Source: an uncultured delta proteobacterium (GTDB taxonomy: Bacteria > Desulfobacterota > Desulfomonilia > Desulfomonilales > Desulfomonilaceae). Taken from it: a DNA stretch of 64,000 nt. The position numbers were made by a program, and so were the translations under genes. The stretch lies in contig CAWBKB010000001.1 in assembly GCA_963789265.1 (NCBI GenBank), positions 1,472,001 through 1,536,000 on the forward strand, in the 5' to 3' direction. Numbering within the stretch: the first letter of the stretch is position 1; the number at the start of each line of letters is the position of its first letter. Shown piece after piece: positions 31,707-41,884 of the stretch. Under the pieces are notes generated by a model. It was not told the DNA's origin. It saw nothing but the letters and a program-made list of their open reading frames with translations, and ran no database searches.

Positions 31707-33004
31707 GTACGGTCCTTCTTTCCCCAAAGACTTCCACCTTGGTATTTTTCTGCCTCCTCGGAGGATTGAAGCTCTATATTTCGCCACTTGTCCCGTTTCA
31801 CCCGGCTATTGACGTGGATATTTACTGGGGCAGCCATGCCGAAAGAGACTCCGCCGAGCATGATCTCGACCTGATCCGGCTCTTGTTCGTGATATAGAAG
31901 GGCGACTTGTTTGCCTATGAGGGGGACAGGCGCTTCAAAGATCCTTCCGTCCAAGCTTATGGTCCTGTCTTTTGCTACTCTTCGTCGCACGGTCTTGCGA
32001 AAATAGTCCCTGAGATTGCGGGGAGTTTCTCTCAGGCATTCCATACGTGACGTAAACCGGGCAAAGGGAGTCTGGCCGGTGGAAGAATGTACCCGCTGGT
32101 GGTAGATGTCACCCAGCCAGAAGAAGAGGGCTTGATTCAGATCGGCAAGCGTAGTGCCTTTGAAGCCGGACAGAAAATCGCCCCTCACTGTGCGGAAGAA
32201 CCGCTCGATTTTCCCTTTGCCTTGTGGCTTGTACGGCCGTGCATGGATAAGGGCGATCCCGAGGCTCGCGGTGACATGCTCCAGGTGATGGGAACGAAAG
32301 GCGCTCCCATTGTCGGTATAGATTTTCCTGGGGAGTCCTCTGGTCAAGAGGGCTTCCTCAAGGGCTTTCAAATACGATGGAAGCGACTCGGTGAGATAAA
32401 ACTCGGCATGAGGAACCAGGCGAGAGTGATCGTCGATGAATGCAAGGAGATAGGTTTTCCTCTTCTTCCCCTCGTGCTCCACGCTCGGGCCATGCATGCA
32501 GTCGGACTGCCACAGATCGTTCGGTAACTCAGCTTCGAATTTCCGTCGATCTTCGAGCCTGGCCTCATCTCCCTTCATCAGACCATTGGTTCTCAGGAAG
32601 CGGTGTACCGTTGTAGCGGTGAGAGTGATGCCAGGCGATACCAGTCGTCTCTTGTTCATCTCACGGATCAGCCGGGCGACCGTTGCCTTGGAAAGCTCCG
32701 CCCTCAAACGGATCAAAGCCAAACCGGTCTCTTCATCTATGGCGCGGCTCTTCCCATGATCTGATCTATCATGGTTAGCCAGCGCCTCCAGTTTGCCGCC
32801 AGAGTCTTTGTAGAGCTTCACCCAGCGCAGGATAGTGCTCCGGGTAATACGGGTCTTGTCCGAGAATGGAATCACCCATTTTCGGTCGCACTTGTCCCTT
32901 ATGAGCCTCTCCTGCTCGCCAGGTTCGAGCGCCGCATGTCCTACGAGGTCATGAATCACCCCGAACCGAAACGTTGCAATCTGCTTTTTCTTATCTTCCT
33001 CCAT
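31703..33004 (-). CDS. DDE (rve) transposase with Mu-like C-terminal domain
   Basis: WQSDCMHG, FIDDHSR, YTDNGSAF and GKGKIERFFRT motifs. Confidence 0.93.
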   Translation of the reverse strand: MEEDKKKQIATFRFGVIHDLVGHAALEPGEQERLIRDKCDRKWVIPFSDKTRITRSTILRWVKLYKDSGGKLEALANHDRSDHGKSRAIDEETGLALIRLRAELSKATVARLIREMNKRRLVSPGITLTATTVHRFLRTNGLMKGDEARLEDRRKFEAELPNDLWQSDCMHGPSVEHEGKKRKTYLLAFIDDHSRLVPHAEFYLTESLPSYLKALEEALLTRGLPRKIYTDNGSAFRSHHLEHVTASLGIALIHARPYKPQGKGKIERFFRTVRGDFLSGFKGTTLADLNQALFFWLGDIYHQRVHSSTGQTPFARFTSRMECLRETPRNLRDYFRKTVRRRVAKDRTISLDGRIFEAPVPLIGKQVALLYHEQEPDQVEIMLGGVSFGMAAPVNIHVNSRVKRDKWRNIELQSSEEAEKYQGGSLWGKKDRT

Positions 33005-33108
33005 CGATCTGCCTCCTTGGGTATGTTGTCTGGGGTGGTACTCCCAAGACAATCCCAGGACAACGACACTCTTCGGTAGGGTGTGTGAGCGTCGATGGAC
33101 AGTGCAGA

Positions 33109-33555
33109 TTAGATGCGACGGGAAACCGGGTTCTCATTTTTGAGTATCAGCTCATCGAATCCCTCCAGCAGGCGTTTGCTCCATTCCTGCCCAAACCGGG
33201 CACACACTCTCCGTGTAAGAGACCTCAGCCAATGGCCCTGCCGAGACCGTGAAATGCCTGCGGGCCATCTCCCATGCTCCAGCCTGAAAGCGATGGACGA
33301 ACGGACCGTCTCGATAGACGCTTGTACCCGTTTGAAATAGCCCGATGGTCGCGCCCTCATCACGCACCTGCACTCCGGGCAGCGATACCGTCGCAAAAAG
33401 AGCTGTTCAGAAAAACCGTCAAAAAAGGCAGGGACAAAGCCATGATACCAGACCCGACGCCCCTCACACCGAGGGCACGCCTCCGGTCTCGGCCAAGGAA
33501 AATCCCGCCCCCTCGCAACTATCTCCTTGATGGAAACAAGAACAGGGAATATCAT
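33109..33555 (-). CDS. Zn-finger accessory protein (DUF6431-like)
   Basis: CPRC..WYHG..RRYRCPEC; first gene of the transposon. Confidence 0.75.
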   Translation of the reverse strand: MIFPVLVSIKEIVARGRDFPWPRPEACPRCEGRRVWYHGFVPAFFDGFSEQLFLRRYRCPECRCVMRARPSGYFKRVQASIETVRSSIAFRLEHGRWPAGISRSRQGHWLRSLTRRVCARFGQEWSKRLLEGFDELILKNENPVSRRI

Positions 33556-33782
33556 CAGAACATCCTTTTGTAGGGCCTTACGGCCCGTACATGTTTCGGG
33601 CGGTAGCTCCGTCAAGCCACCGCCCTCTTCATTCCGTCCATCTATTCTGATATTTTCCCCTGCCAGGTCAACCTATTCTGAAAATTTCACCCCTTTTCTG
33701 TCCATTCAATTCGAAATCCTACACAAGGTTCAGACTACCCCTTCTTCGCGTCAGCTATGATCATGTAGTCAAGCGAGAAGGG

Positions 33783-34262
33783 GTGGCTTTTCTCGAATAT
33801 ATGATAGACCTTCACTTCGGAGAGGAGGCTGTCAAGAAAGGAATAGAAAAAGGACTGTTTGACCCTGATGAAGAGTACTTTCCCGGTATCGAATTCCCAG
33901 GTACTACGAAACTGCATAAAGAGATTCACAACCATGGCGTTTACGCCCCTGGAGATATGCTAAGGTTTCTGAATGAGGAGGAGAGGGAGACTCAACTTTG
34001 GTATCGTGTCCAAGATGAATCCCTAAACTGTCCTACACCTCCTGAACAGGGTCCGTGCAAAGCAACTGTCCAGTTAAAGATTCTAAAAGGTTGGAAGCAG
34101 CCGCAAGAGATTCTTTCCATCAAACGAACAGCAATTCTAACGGACTGCTCTCCGAATCTCGATATTCTTGGAGTCCACGGGTGGCATATAGCATTGGAGT
34201 TTGCAGAGTTCCTATGCTTTCAGGAACTCATGGGAAAGGTTGACAATCTGCTCCACTCGTGA
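33783..34262 (+). CDS. Hypothetical protein
   Basis: 159 aa ORF. Confidence 0.45.
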   Translation: MAFLEYMIDLHFGEEAVKKGIEKGLFDPDEEYFPGIEFPGTTKLHKEIHNHGVYAPGDMLRFLNEEERETQLWYRVQDESLNCPTPPEQGPCKATVQLKILKGWKQPQEILSIKRTAILTDCSPNLDILGVHGWHIALEFAEFLCFQELMGKVDNLLHS

Positions 34263-34593
34263 AGAGAGATTCCTAGGAGAACAAAATAGCGGCATGAGCG
34301 ACGGGACGAGGAATAACCGATGGGAGCCAACTCTCTGAAAAAAGATAGAGAAACAATTATGTTGGAAAGTAGGGAATCCAGATTGATGCTGTGGGACCTG
34401 CTACGATTGAGGTATCCCCGATGGAACCTGATCGAGAGACCAATTGCGGTGGACGAAATACGGATAGAACTCAGGCAAGTCCTAAACCTCTTTTATCCTG
34501 GGCGAAAGAAATCGACCTTCAAGATATGGCAGCGTTTGAGGTTGTGGCCCCCACCGGAAATTCTTCACGATTGCCGGGATAAGGAGATTGCAG

Positions 34594-34914
34594 ATGACGG
34601 ACGAAGAGAGCATCCGAATTGATGACAAAAAGGTTGGGGAGGTTAATCGAATAATGGCTTCCCTGGGCTTTCATCTGTATAAATCTCTCGATTCTCCGAG
34701 AGGTCTGGGTCAGTTTACGAGCCTGATCATGTATGTGCATGGAGATACCGAGGAGTCGATGTTCGTTTCATTTCCAAATCGGGTAGAAGCCGAGCGAGGC
34801 ACTGGGATCACCATTGAGGCAGAATACCGCGACAAGTCAGAGCTATGGGCGTCTTTAAGCGAATTTGAGGAAAATGTGGCATCGTGGATGGAAGAATGCA
34901 GAGGTAGATCATGA
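34594..34914 (+). CDS. Hypothetical protein
   Basis: AAGGAG RBS. Confidence 0.5.
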   Translation: MTDEESIRIDDKKVGEVNRIMASLGFHLYKSLDSPRGLGQFTSLIMYVHGDTEESMFVSFPNRVEAERGTGITIEAEYRDKSELWASLSEFEENVASWMEECRGRS

Positions 34915-35349
34915 GTGAATAAGTCCCTCAGCGTGTTTAGCCAGCCTGTCCTAACCCTTTTCGATTGTGCGAGGCACATAAAAAACCTCGACGGGTGCTA
35001 CCGGTTATCCCCCCTAGCACTGAAAAGAGAGGGCTAGCACGCTGGCGGATCCAACATAAACGTGCTGAGCAGGCCAGGAAAGAGATACCGGTACTGTCAC
35101 CACATTTTCGTTGCCTATTCTGCACATCATCTGGTAGCCTGCCCGCATTCAATTTCCTGCCTCATTGGCTTACCTCCAGTAGCTATGAGTGCTGCCCGTT
35201 GGTTTGGCAGCGGGCTTCTTTTTTTGGGGGGAGTCCCCAAAACGCCCCTGGTATCATGAACTTTTGCTCTGGCCTTGACTTCCAGGCGGCCTGGTGGTGG
35301 ACCCGTTCCGCAGTAGGGGTATCCCAATTGAGATCGAGAACGTAAGAGC

Positions 35350-36624
35350 ATGTCTCTAAATATCGGGGAACAAAAACGACCAAGCAGGCAAAGTCTATAC
35401 GCGCTGGATTGCCTCAATTTCTTTCTTGCTGATGTTCGTACAGGCGTCGGACCATTTCTGGTGACTTATCTCCTAGCCGTTCACCACTGGAACCCTGCTG
35501 AAATTGGGGTAGTGATGTCCGTTATGGGAATTGCCAATCTCCTTGCAGACACCCCATGTGGGGCATTGGTCGATACAGTCAAAAGGAAGCGCCTCTTGAT
35601 CGTTGCCGCCGCCTTGTTAATGGGCGTTAGCTGCACTTTTATAACGATTTTCCCAACCTTTTATTGTATCAGTGCGGCGCAGATCGTCAACGGGGTCGTA
35701 TCGGCTCTTTTCGCTCCGGCTCTAGCCGCTATCACGTTGGGCATCGTGAGTCAACCAACGTTCGCAAGTCGGATCGGGCGTAATGAAGTCTTCAATCATG
35801 CGGGAAATGTTGCTACTGCTCTATTGGCCGGTATAGTGGGACATCTCTTGGGACAAGAGTGGATTTTCTACTTGGTTGCGATTATTGCGGGTGCCAGTGC
35901 TGTGTCCGTACTTTTGATTAGAAACGATGACATTGACTACCTCCGATCGCGAGGGGGCGCTCTAAAGATAACACCCGACGGGGTGGTTGCTTTGGGTATA
36001 AGAGCTTTATTCGCTGACCGAAAGATCTTGATCTTTGCCGTTGCCGTGACTTTGTTTCATTTCGCTAATGCGGCAATGCTCCCTTTGGCAGGACAATTGC
36101 TCACGCGGAATAACGAGAGATTTGCTTCCCTTAATATGTCGGCATGCATCGTCGCCGCCCAACTGATTATGATTCCCGTGGCTTTTTTATCTGGCAAATG
36201 GGGCAACACCTGGGGCAGAAAACCCATTTTTATGATAGGTTTTGCAATTCTGCCTATCCGAGGCTTTCTCTATATCCTGAGTGATAATCCGATCTTCATC
36301 GTTTCTGTACAATTGCTTGACGGGATTGGGGCCGGTATTTTCGGAGTGTTGTCAGTCGTTGTGGTAGCCGATCTCACCCAGGGGACAGGACGATACAATC
36401 TCGTGTTGGGAGCTATTGCCACTGCTCACAGCATCGGGGCCTCACTCAGCAACGTGGTGTCAGGCTATATTGTGCATGCTTGGGGCTTCAATACAGGCTT
36501 TCTGTTTCTCGCCTCTGTTGCGGCATTGGCCTTGGCTATCTTCGGCTTGATGATGCCTGAGACCAAGAGACTTCAGCCGATTTCAGCGGCATCCCTTTCG
36601 GAAGAGATAAAGAATTCATCTTAG
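35350..36624 (+). CDS. MFS transporter
   Basis: About 12 TM helices; NFFLADV..G.GPF, GRNEVFNHAGN and FHFANAAMLPL motifs. Confidence 0.92.
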   Translation: MSLNIGEQKRPSRQSLYALDCLNFFLADVRTGVGPFLVTYLLAVHHWNPAEIGVVMSVMGIANLLADTPCGALVDTVKRKRLLIVAAALLMGVSCTFITIFPTFYCISAAQIVNGVVSALFAPALAAITLGIVSQPTFASRIGRNEVFNHAGNVATALLAGIVGHLLGQEWIFYLVAIIAGASAVSVLLIRNDDIDYLRSRGGALKITPDGVVALGIRALFADRKILIFAVAVTLFHFANAAMLPLAGQLLTRNNERFASLNMSACIVAAQLIMIPVAFLSGKWGNTWGRKPIFMIGFAILPIRGFLYILSDNPIFIVSVQLLDGIGAGIFGVLSVVVVADLTQGTGRYNLVLGAIATAHSIGASLSNVVSGYIVHAWGFNTGFLFLASVAALALAIFGLMMPETKRLQPISAASLSEEIKNSS

Positions 36625-36737
36625 TTTCTTCGAACTATGCTCCATCAGTGTTGGACTGAGTCGTCACTCCGGGATCACGGCTGGGCAGATTCGGCAACAT
36701 GGTGAAGTAGATAGGCAAGGTGCCTGATTCAGAATAA

Positions 36738-36950
36738 AAACTTCTGGCAATCATCAAGACCAGCCTCATCGCCGGAGAGGACTTAATGATCTCCGGCTTC
36801 GGAAAGTGGAACGTCAAGTCAAAGCACGCCAGGCGTGGCAGGAACCCTCAAACCGGCGAGGAGATGGTGCTTGATGCCCGTAGAGTCGTGACCTGGAGTT
36901 ATTCGCCGGTATTGAAGAAGGCGGTGAATGTGGCTGGGAAAACGTCTTAG
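36738..36950 (+). pseudogene. 5'-truncated integration host factor alpha-like gene
   Basis: KLLAIIKTSLIAGEDLMISGFGKWNVKSKHARRGRNPQTGEEMVLDARRVVTW; preceded by an in-frame TAA and lacking the N-terminus. Confidence 0.8.
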
Positions 36951-36965
36951 ACAGTCCTGCTATAA

Positions 36966-37886
36966 ATGAAACGAGAGCTGATGATGTCGCGAAAATCCCA
37001 AAAGAAAAAGACCAAAGGGACAAAGCCGTCGGACTGGATCAAGTCCAGGCAGAGGAATCAAGAACTCTTTCACGACACAAATTTTGTCTCTTACAGGCCG
37101 GGAGAAGAGAAGATGTCCGAAGATCTGACAAAGATCGTGAATGATGCGACGATAGCAATTTACAAGTGCCAGCTCTCCATTGGTGGAGATCAGGCCGCGA
37201 TGGAGGCTGGGAAACGTGGGGAACACATAGCTCCGTTCGTTTTATACCAGCACATCATTGCAATGGCAGATGGTGTTGCGGTCTTGATCTCACAGGATCG
37301 TTCAGCGGGGTCAATGGTGCCCCTTCTGCGCAGCATGTTCGAAGCGGTCCTATTCTTGGAATACATATTAGAAGGGAATTATGAGGAACGGTCTCTCTCC
37401 TGGTTTTGCTCCTACATCCACAAGAGCATTGAACGTTACGAGCTAATAGACCCGTCAACACCCAAAGGAAAGGAACTATTGAAAACGCTGGGGGAGGAGG
37501 GGACACTGGACTCTTTTCACCCTGATCCCGCACCAGGCACTGTTGTCGAGAAACTCAACAGAGTGTTGGTCAACGAGCTATCTGAGGTGGAAAAGAAATA
37601 CAAGAAAGGCAAAGACTGGTACTCGTCGCTCGATAATGGTCCTAGTAACATACGCGAACTCGCCCGCCATCTTCACAAAATGGGCCATTACCTTCTCCTC
37701 TATCGGCACTGGTCTTCCACAATCCACGCCTCGGATGCGTCGCATTTTCTGACTAAGAACGCGACCGGAAGGCTCGCATTCCGTCCCCGAGAACAGCCTG
37801 AGCTGATTGCACATTATGGCCACGCTGCTACCATGTTTATGAAAATGGCTACGTCATCAATGACTAGGAAGTTCATTCCTGGTTAA
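36966..37886 (+). CDS. DUF5677-like (HEPN-related) protein
   Basis: LLRSMFEA..L.YI; W.....NIRELA...YLLLYRHWSSTIHAS. Confidence 0.65.
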   Translation: MKRELMMSRKSQKKKTKGTKPSDWIKSRQRNQELFHDTNFVSYRPGEEKMSEDLTKIVNDATIAIYKCQLSIGGDQAAMEAGKRGEHIAPFVLYQHIIAMADGVAVLISQDRSAGSMVPLLRSMFEAVLFLEYILEGNYEERSLSWFCSYIHKSIERYELIDPSTPKGKELLKTLGEEGTLDSFHPDPAPGTVVEKLNRVLVNELSEVEKKYKKGKDWYSSLDNGPSNIRELARHLHKMGHYLLLYRHWSSTIHASDASHFLTKNATGRLAFRPREQPELIAHYGHAATMFMKMATSSMTRKFIPG

Positions 37887-38164
37887 GACCTCAGTTGGTG
37901 ACGTATATCTACACCTTTGACAATTGAAAACGAGTCAACGGCAGCTTCATAGGAATGACGTAGCGCGCCGATTTTGACCTGGGCAACGTTTGGTGGGATT
38001 CGCTCCGGCCCCCTCTCAGATCGCCTCTGGTTGCCTCTGAGTCAAAGAGGATCTGCTGGAGCGGATTGCTTTCCGAGATTCTACTCAAGACTGTACGCTG
38101 ACAGTCTCTACAACCGTGACCAACCCTTCCTCCATCACCGCTAAATTGCCTTGATACCATCCGA

Positions 38165-38226
38165 TGGTAATCCCATACCACTAATTTCTTGACCAGCACA
38201 ACCTCTGCGTGGTATAGCATTACCAC
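38165..38226 (+). promoter_or_regulatory. Promoter with paired GTGGTA-N6-TACCAC operators
   Basis: TTGACC at 38189; palindrome 38209-38226 over the -10; second palindrome at 38165-38181. Confidence 0.6.
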
Positions 38227-38317
38227 AAAGTAATTGTCTTCTAGGCCCTATCCTGGCTTCCGTTGGCTATGAATAAGAGCCTCTGCGCTCAAATCAAAGC
38301 CATACGGAGGAGAGAGA

Positions 38318-38677
38318 ATGAAGCCCAAGAAACAGCAAACCAACCCCAAAGCGCCCGCTACCACATCTTTACCACAATGGCTGTTAGAAGAGTCCGACAC
38401 GCTCAAAGACATGATTGAGTGGTGGAAATCGAGAGAATCCGCCAGTATGGATGCAGCCGGTCGCAGACCGTTGTTCGTCGGGAAAACCAAAAATACTGGA
38501 ATCAGAGTCAATGAGACGATCTTGGAGAGAGCCGTAGAGAAATCTAAGCGTGAAAGAGCGAAAACGGGCGGTAATCTCTCGCAGCTTATGGAATGGCTCT
38601 TATGGATTTACATCGGCAGCCCGGAAGATGTGGTGGAAGATCCGCATCCGCCAAAACAAAATACCCCTACCGGGTAA
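38318..38677 (+). CDS. Putative DNA-binding protein, paralog 1
   Basis: RP.F.G...NTGI.....RA.E..K....TGG..S.L.E.LLW...G.PEDV motif shared with the next gene. Confidence 0.7.
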   Translation: MKPKKQQTNPKAPATTSLPQWLLEESDTLKDMIEWWKSRESASMDAAGRRPLFVGKTKNTGIRVNETILERAVEKSKRERAKTGGNLSQLMEWLLWIYIGSPEDVVEDPHPPKQNTPTG

Positions 38678-38733
38678 CATGATACCACTTTCTGATTGAC
38701 ATAGTGGGGATGAGTGTGGTACTAAGTTACCAC
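38672..38733 (+). promoter_or_regulatory. Second promoter with the same operator geometry
   Basis: TTGACA at 38696; GTGGTA-ctaagt-TACCAC at 38716-38733. Confidence 0.6.
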
Positions 38734-39213
38734 ATAAAAACCGGGAGGGTGTCCGCGGTGTCAGCAGAAAGCCAGCCCATTCACAAAACGGCTGAAAAGG
38801 AAGGGTCACTCCTCGATTGTCCCCCTAGCACCCTATCCTCACCTGAAGATCCTTCCGAACAAGATACCGACCCAGACAGCCCCTGCGAGGCCGAAAAAGG
38901 CGGAGAGAAGTCTCCTCTGGGGGAGGATGATCTCGACACTTTGAAGCGGATGGTGGAGGAGTACAAGGCCCATCGCGTAGATTTCACCAGTTTGCCCAGG
39001 CGTCCGCGATTCAAAGGACCGAGGATCAACACCGGTATCACTATTCGCGCTGAGATAAGAAATAGAGCATTGGAAAGGGCTAAAGCGGATCCCGATGGTA
39101 CGGGAGGCGGGAACTTCAGTGGACTGATTGAGCTGCTGTTGTGGGTGTTTCTGGGGTGTCCCGAAGATGTCATAGACAGGGCTGCTGCATCAGAGAGCGA
39201 TCCTCAAGAATAA
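38704..39213 (+). CDS. Putative DNA-binding protein, paralog 2 (start uncertain)
   Basis: Same conserved motif as 38318-38677. Confidence 0.65.
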   Translation: MGMSVVLSYHIKTGRVSAVSAESQPIHKTAEKEGSLLDCPPSTLSSPEDPSEQDTDPDSPCEAEKGGEKSPLGEDDLDTLKRMVEEYKAHRVDFTSLPRRPRFKGPRINTGITIRAEIRNRALERAKADPDGTGGGNFSGLIELLLWVFLGCPEDVIDRAAASESDPQE

Positions 39214-39315
39214 TTTTCGGACTTTGTCCCTATCTGACACACAAGGGTGAGAAACTAGGGGGGGACGCCCCTGAAGAAGGAATCGTATCTCACAAGGTCA
39301 TGAAAGGGAAATCTT

Positions 39316-39558
39316 ATGAAGACGATTCTGACGGTGCTGATCTTGCTCTGCTTCCCTGTCTTCGGGTTCGCTGCTGACAAGACCATCAAAGGCGAAATCA
39401 GGGATAGTTCCGGGAAACTGCTTTACAAGAGCTATACCAGAGGCAATACGACCGAGACTCGTGATCCGATGGGAAAATTGGTCACGAAGTCCAGGACAAG
39501 AAACGGTAAGACCGAGGTCAGGTCTCCGAGTGGGAAACTTCTGTACAAGGCGAAATAA
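39316..39558 (+). CDS. Small secreted protein with E.RD..GKL repeats
   Basis: Signal peptide and three beta-hairpin-like repeats. Confidence 0.7.
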   Translation: MKTILTVLILLCFPVFGFAADKTIKGEIRDSSGKLLYKSYTRGNTTETRDPMGKLVTKSRTRNGKTEVRSPSGKLLYKAK

Positions 39559-39596
39559 CCGGAATTCATCTACAGAGGTTGAAAAGGAGAATCTTT

Positions 39597-40145
39597 ATGA
39601 GGCGGATATTCTCTTTGTTTTTTTTTATTTCTATATCCCTCGTTTCGACTGTCCTGGCTCAAACGAGCGATCCAGGGGCTTGTGACATCAATCGAGCAAT
39701 TTTCAACAACGACCTAGACCGGATCGAGAAGCTCCTGGACGCCGGATGCGACGTGAACGGGAAGTGCGGGGGCGAGACGCCGCTGCTGGCTGTCTGCAAG
39801 CTCATGGGAAGCCCCGTTGGAGACGAGCAAAAAGCAAAGGTGATACGGATTCTCCTTGAAAGAGGCGCAAATCCGAATACTCAGGACAACCTGGGAGAAA
39901 CCCCTTTAATAAAAGTGTTGAAAATCTCTTCTGCCGATAATCTCTCCGTCTCAGTTATCGAACTCCTGCTGGACAGAGGAGCCGATCCCAACGTGAAAGA
40001 CCGAACTGGCAAATCTGCGATCCAAGCAGGTTTGACCCACAACAACAGGCAGGTATCAGACGTTTTTGCCGCATATCTGAAACGTCAGAAGCAAGCCCAG
40101 CGGGAGGTACAGCCTGCCGCTGAGAGAGACGTTCAGCAGAAGTGA
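39597..40145 (+). CDS. Secreted ankyrin-repeat protein
   Basis: Signal peptide; GETPL and LLDRGADPN repeats. Confidence 0.85.
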   Translation: MRRIFSLFFFISISLVSTVLAQTSDPGACDINRAIFNNDLDRIEKLLDAGCDVNGKCGGETPLLAVCKLMGSPVGDEQKAKVIRILLERGANPNTQDNLGETPLIKVLKISSADNLSVSVIELLLDRGADPNVKDRTGKSAIQAGLTHNNRQVSDVFAAYLKRQKQAQREVQPAAERDVQQK

Positions 40146-40249
40146 TCAGAATATCCGGTCAACGAAGCGCAACAGGATTTCGGGGTACAAGGCAATAGAG
40201 CGACTTCCTCAGACGATCCGAGACTAGGCTGTAAAAGGGGCGGGGTTTA

Positions 40250-41296
40250 ATGGGCTTATTGGGGAGGTTATTCGGGAAGAAATCAGATGACGGCTCTCAG
40301 GCTGCTAAGGACGAGCAGCTTGCCTGCCTCTATGAAGCCTGCTCAACTGGGAATCTTCCCATCATCAGCGATCCTCCGGTGATCCTGAAAAGAGGCGAGA
40401 CGGCACATTTCGTATCCCCCGTCGCCGTGATCGAGCAGAAAACCGATATAACAACTTATCGAGCCTATGCCGGGACTCGTTTGAAGATAGGAAGCCTCCC
40501 CATCTACCTTGGAGGAAGTGCGCCGAAGAAGGTCTCCAACGAAGCTCTGACTCCGATGGGTGACGGCTGGCTTATCATCACGAACCGGCGGGTTGTCGTC
40601 TCAGGAACCAAGATCAATTACAGCACCCAACTCGACAGGATTACCAACTGGAAACTGTTCACAGACGCCATTCAGATACTGTGGGAAGGGAGATACGGCG
40701 GCAGATTCTACAAAATGGATGATCCAAGAGTTCCTGCCCTCATACTTGAAACCCTCATATCAGGGGTCCCGTCCCCCGAATCAGTGGGGCTGGACTCAAG
40801 TGTGTCTCCAACGACTCCTGAAGACTTCGTGTATGCGGCTTCGGAGGGGCTACTAGACGTTGTGGTCGAAAGCCTGGACAAAGGCATGGACCCTAACACA
40901 ACGGAAGACGATCACGGCTTCACCGCTTTGATAGCTGCCGCAAGCAACGGACATTCCGACCTGGTGAGCCTTCTTCTTGATGTAGGCGCGGATCCCGACG
41001 TTAAAACAGACCTTGGCTACACGGCTTTGATGTTTGCAGCTTTGGACGGCTACGTCGAGACAGTAAAACTTCTTTTAGGTGCTGAGGCCAAGGTGAACGT
41101 CAAAAACGATGAAGGCGCAACGGCACTGATACTCGCAGCCTTGAATGGTCATTATGAAGTCGTGGAAAGCCTGCTCCGAAAAGGAGCCAGGGTAAATCTT
41201 AAAACCAAAAATGGAAGAACTGCTCTGGATGCTGCCATCTATGGGGACCACGCGGAGATAGCAGAGCTTTTGCGGGCGTATGGGGCGAAGGGTTGA
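40250..41296 (+). CDS. PH-like N-terminal domain plus ankyrin repeats
   Basis: G.LIITNRRVV followed by about four ankyrin repeats. Confidence 0.85.
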   Translation: MGLLGRLFGKKSDDGSQAAKDEQLACLYEACSTGNLPIISDPPVILKRGETAHFVSPVAVIEQKTDITTYRAYAGTRLKIGSLPIYLGGSAPKKVSNEALTPMGDGWLIITNRRVVVSGTKINYSTQLDRITNWKLFTDAIQILWEGRYGGRFYKMDDPRVPALILETLISGVPSPESVGLDSSVSPTTPEDFVYAASEGLLDVVVESLDKGMDPNTTEDDHGFTALIAAASNGHSDLVSLLLDVGADPDVKTDLGYTALMFAALDGYVETVKLLLGAEAKVNVKNDEGATALILAALNGHYEVVESLLRKGARVNLKTKNGRTALDAAIYGDHAEIAELLRAYGAKG

Positions 41297-41368
41297 GAAT
41301 CAACTACTTTTTGAGTCGCAGGGTTGTGCCTGACAACCCTAAGAAACTTCGAGGGAAGGGGTACGAAG

Positions 41369-41884
41369 ATGTCTGAGGAAGTTGTAGTTATGTCACCGGC
41401 AAAGGCTAAGCTTCAACTGGCCTTGTTAAACTCATCAGCGGCGAATCTGGAAAAGCGGGATTTCATCGTCCGGTTTACCAATGCAGGGCTTCCACAAGAA
41501 ATTGTCGTGAGGCTCGATGAATGGTGGGACAAAACCAAAATCGTTGCGGGTGAGGTCATAAACATAGGGAAAATCCTGATCCAAAAAATCTGGGAATTCG
41601 TTGCTGCCACTCCCAACATGTTGATAGGTGCGGCTGTGGGTGCGGCTATCGGTGCGTTGGTGGGTTTGATTCCGTTCATCGGCCCTCTATTAGCACCCGC
41701 CGGTATGACTATCGGGGCAGTCCTGGGTGGACTCTGGGGCTTTGAACAGGACAGGGCTAATCGTGGTGACGTCATAAAAGGGGGACCCATCGGCGTAGCT
41801 GAAAACCTGGTTGGTCTCGCTAAGGAATTTTTCAAACTCTTCGCGGGAATAATGATAGCCCTCAAAGACTACTTTGCAGCTTGA
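41369..41884 (+). CDS. Glycine-zipper membrane protein
   Basis: IGAAVGAAIGALVGLIPFIGPLLAP. Confidence 0.7.
   Translation: MSEEVVVMSPAKAKLQLALLNSSAANLEKRDFIVRFTNAGLPQEIVVRLDEWWDKTKIVAGEVINIGKILIQKIWEFVAATPNMLIGAAVGAAIGALVGLIPFIGPLLAPAGMTIGAVLGGLWGFEQDRANRGDVIKGGPIGVAENLVGLAKEFFKLFAGIMIALKDYFAA

Larger units (their letters stand above)
30786..33723 (-). mobile_element. Three-gene Mu/Tn7-like DDE transposon, copy 1
   Basis: TGT...ACA ends homologous to copy 2; Zn-finger ORF, transposase and AAA ATPase; flanks CCTTG/CTGGG, so no perfect TSD. Confidence 0.85.
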
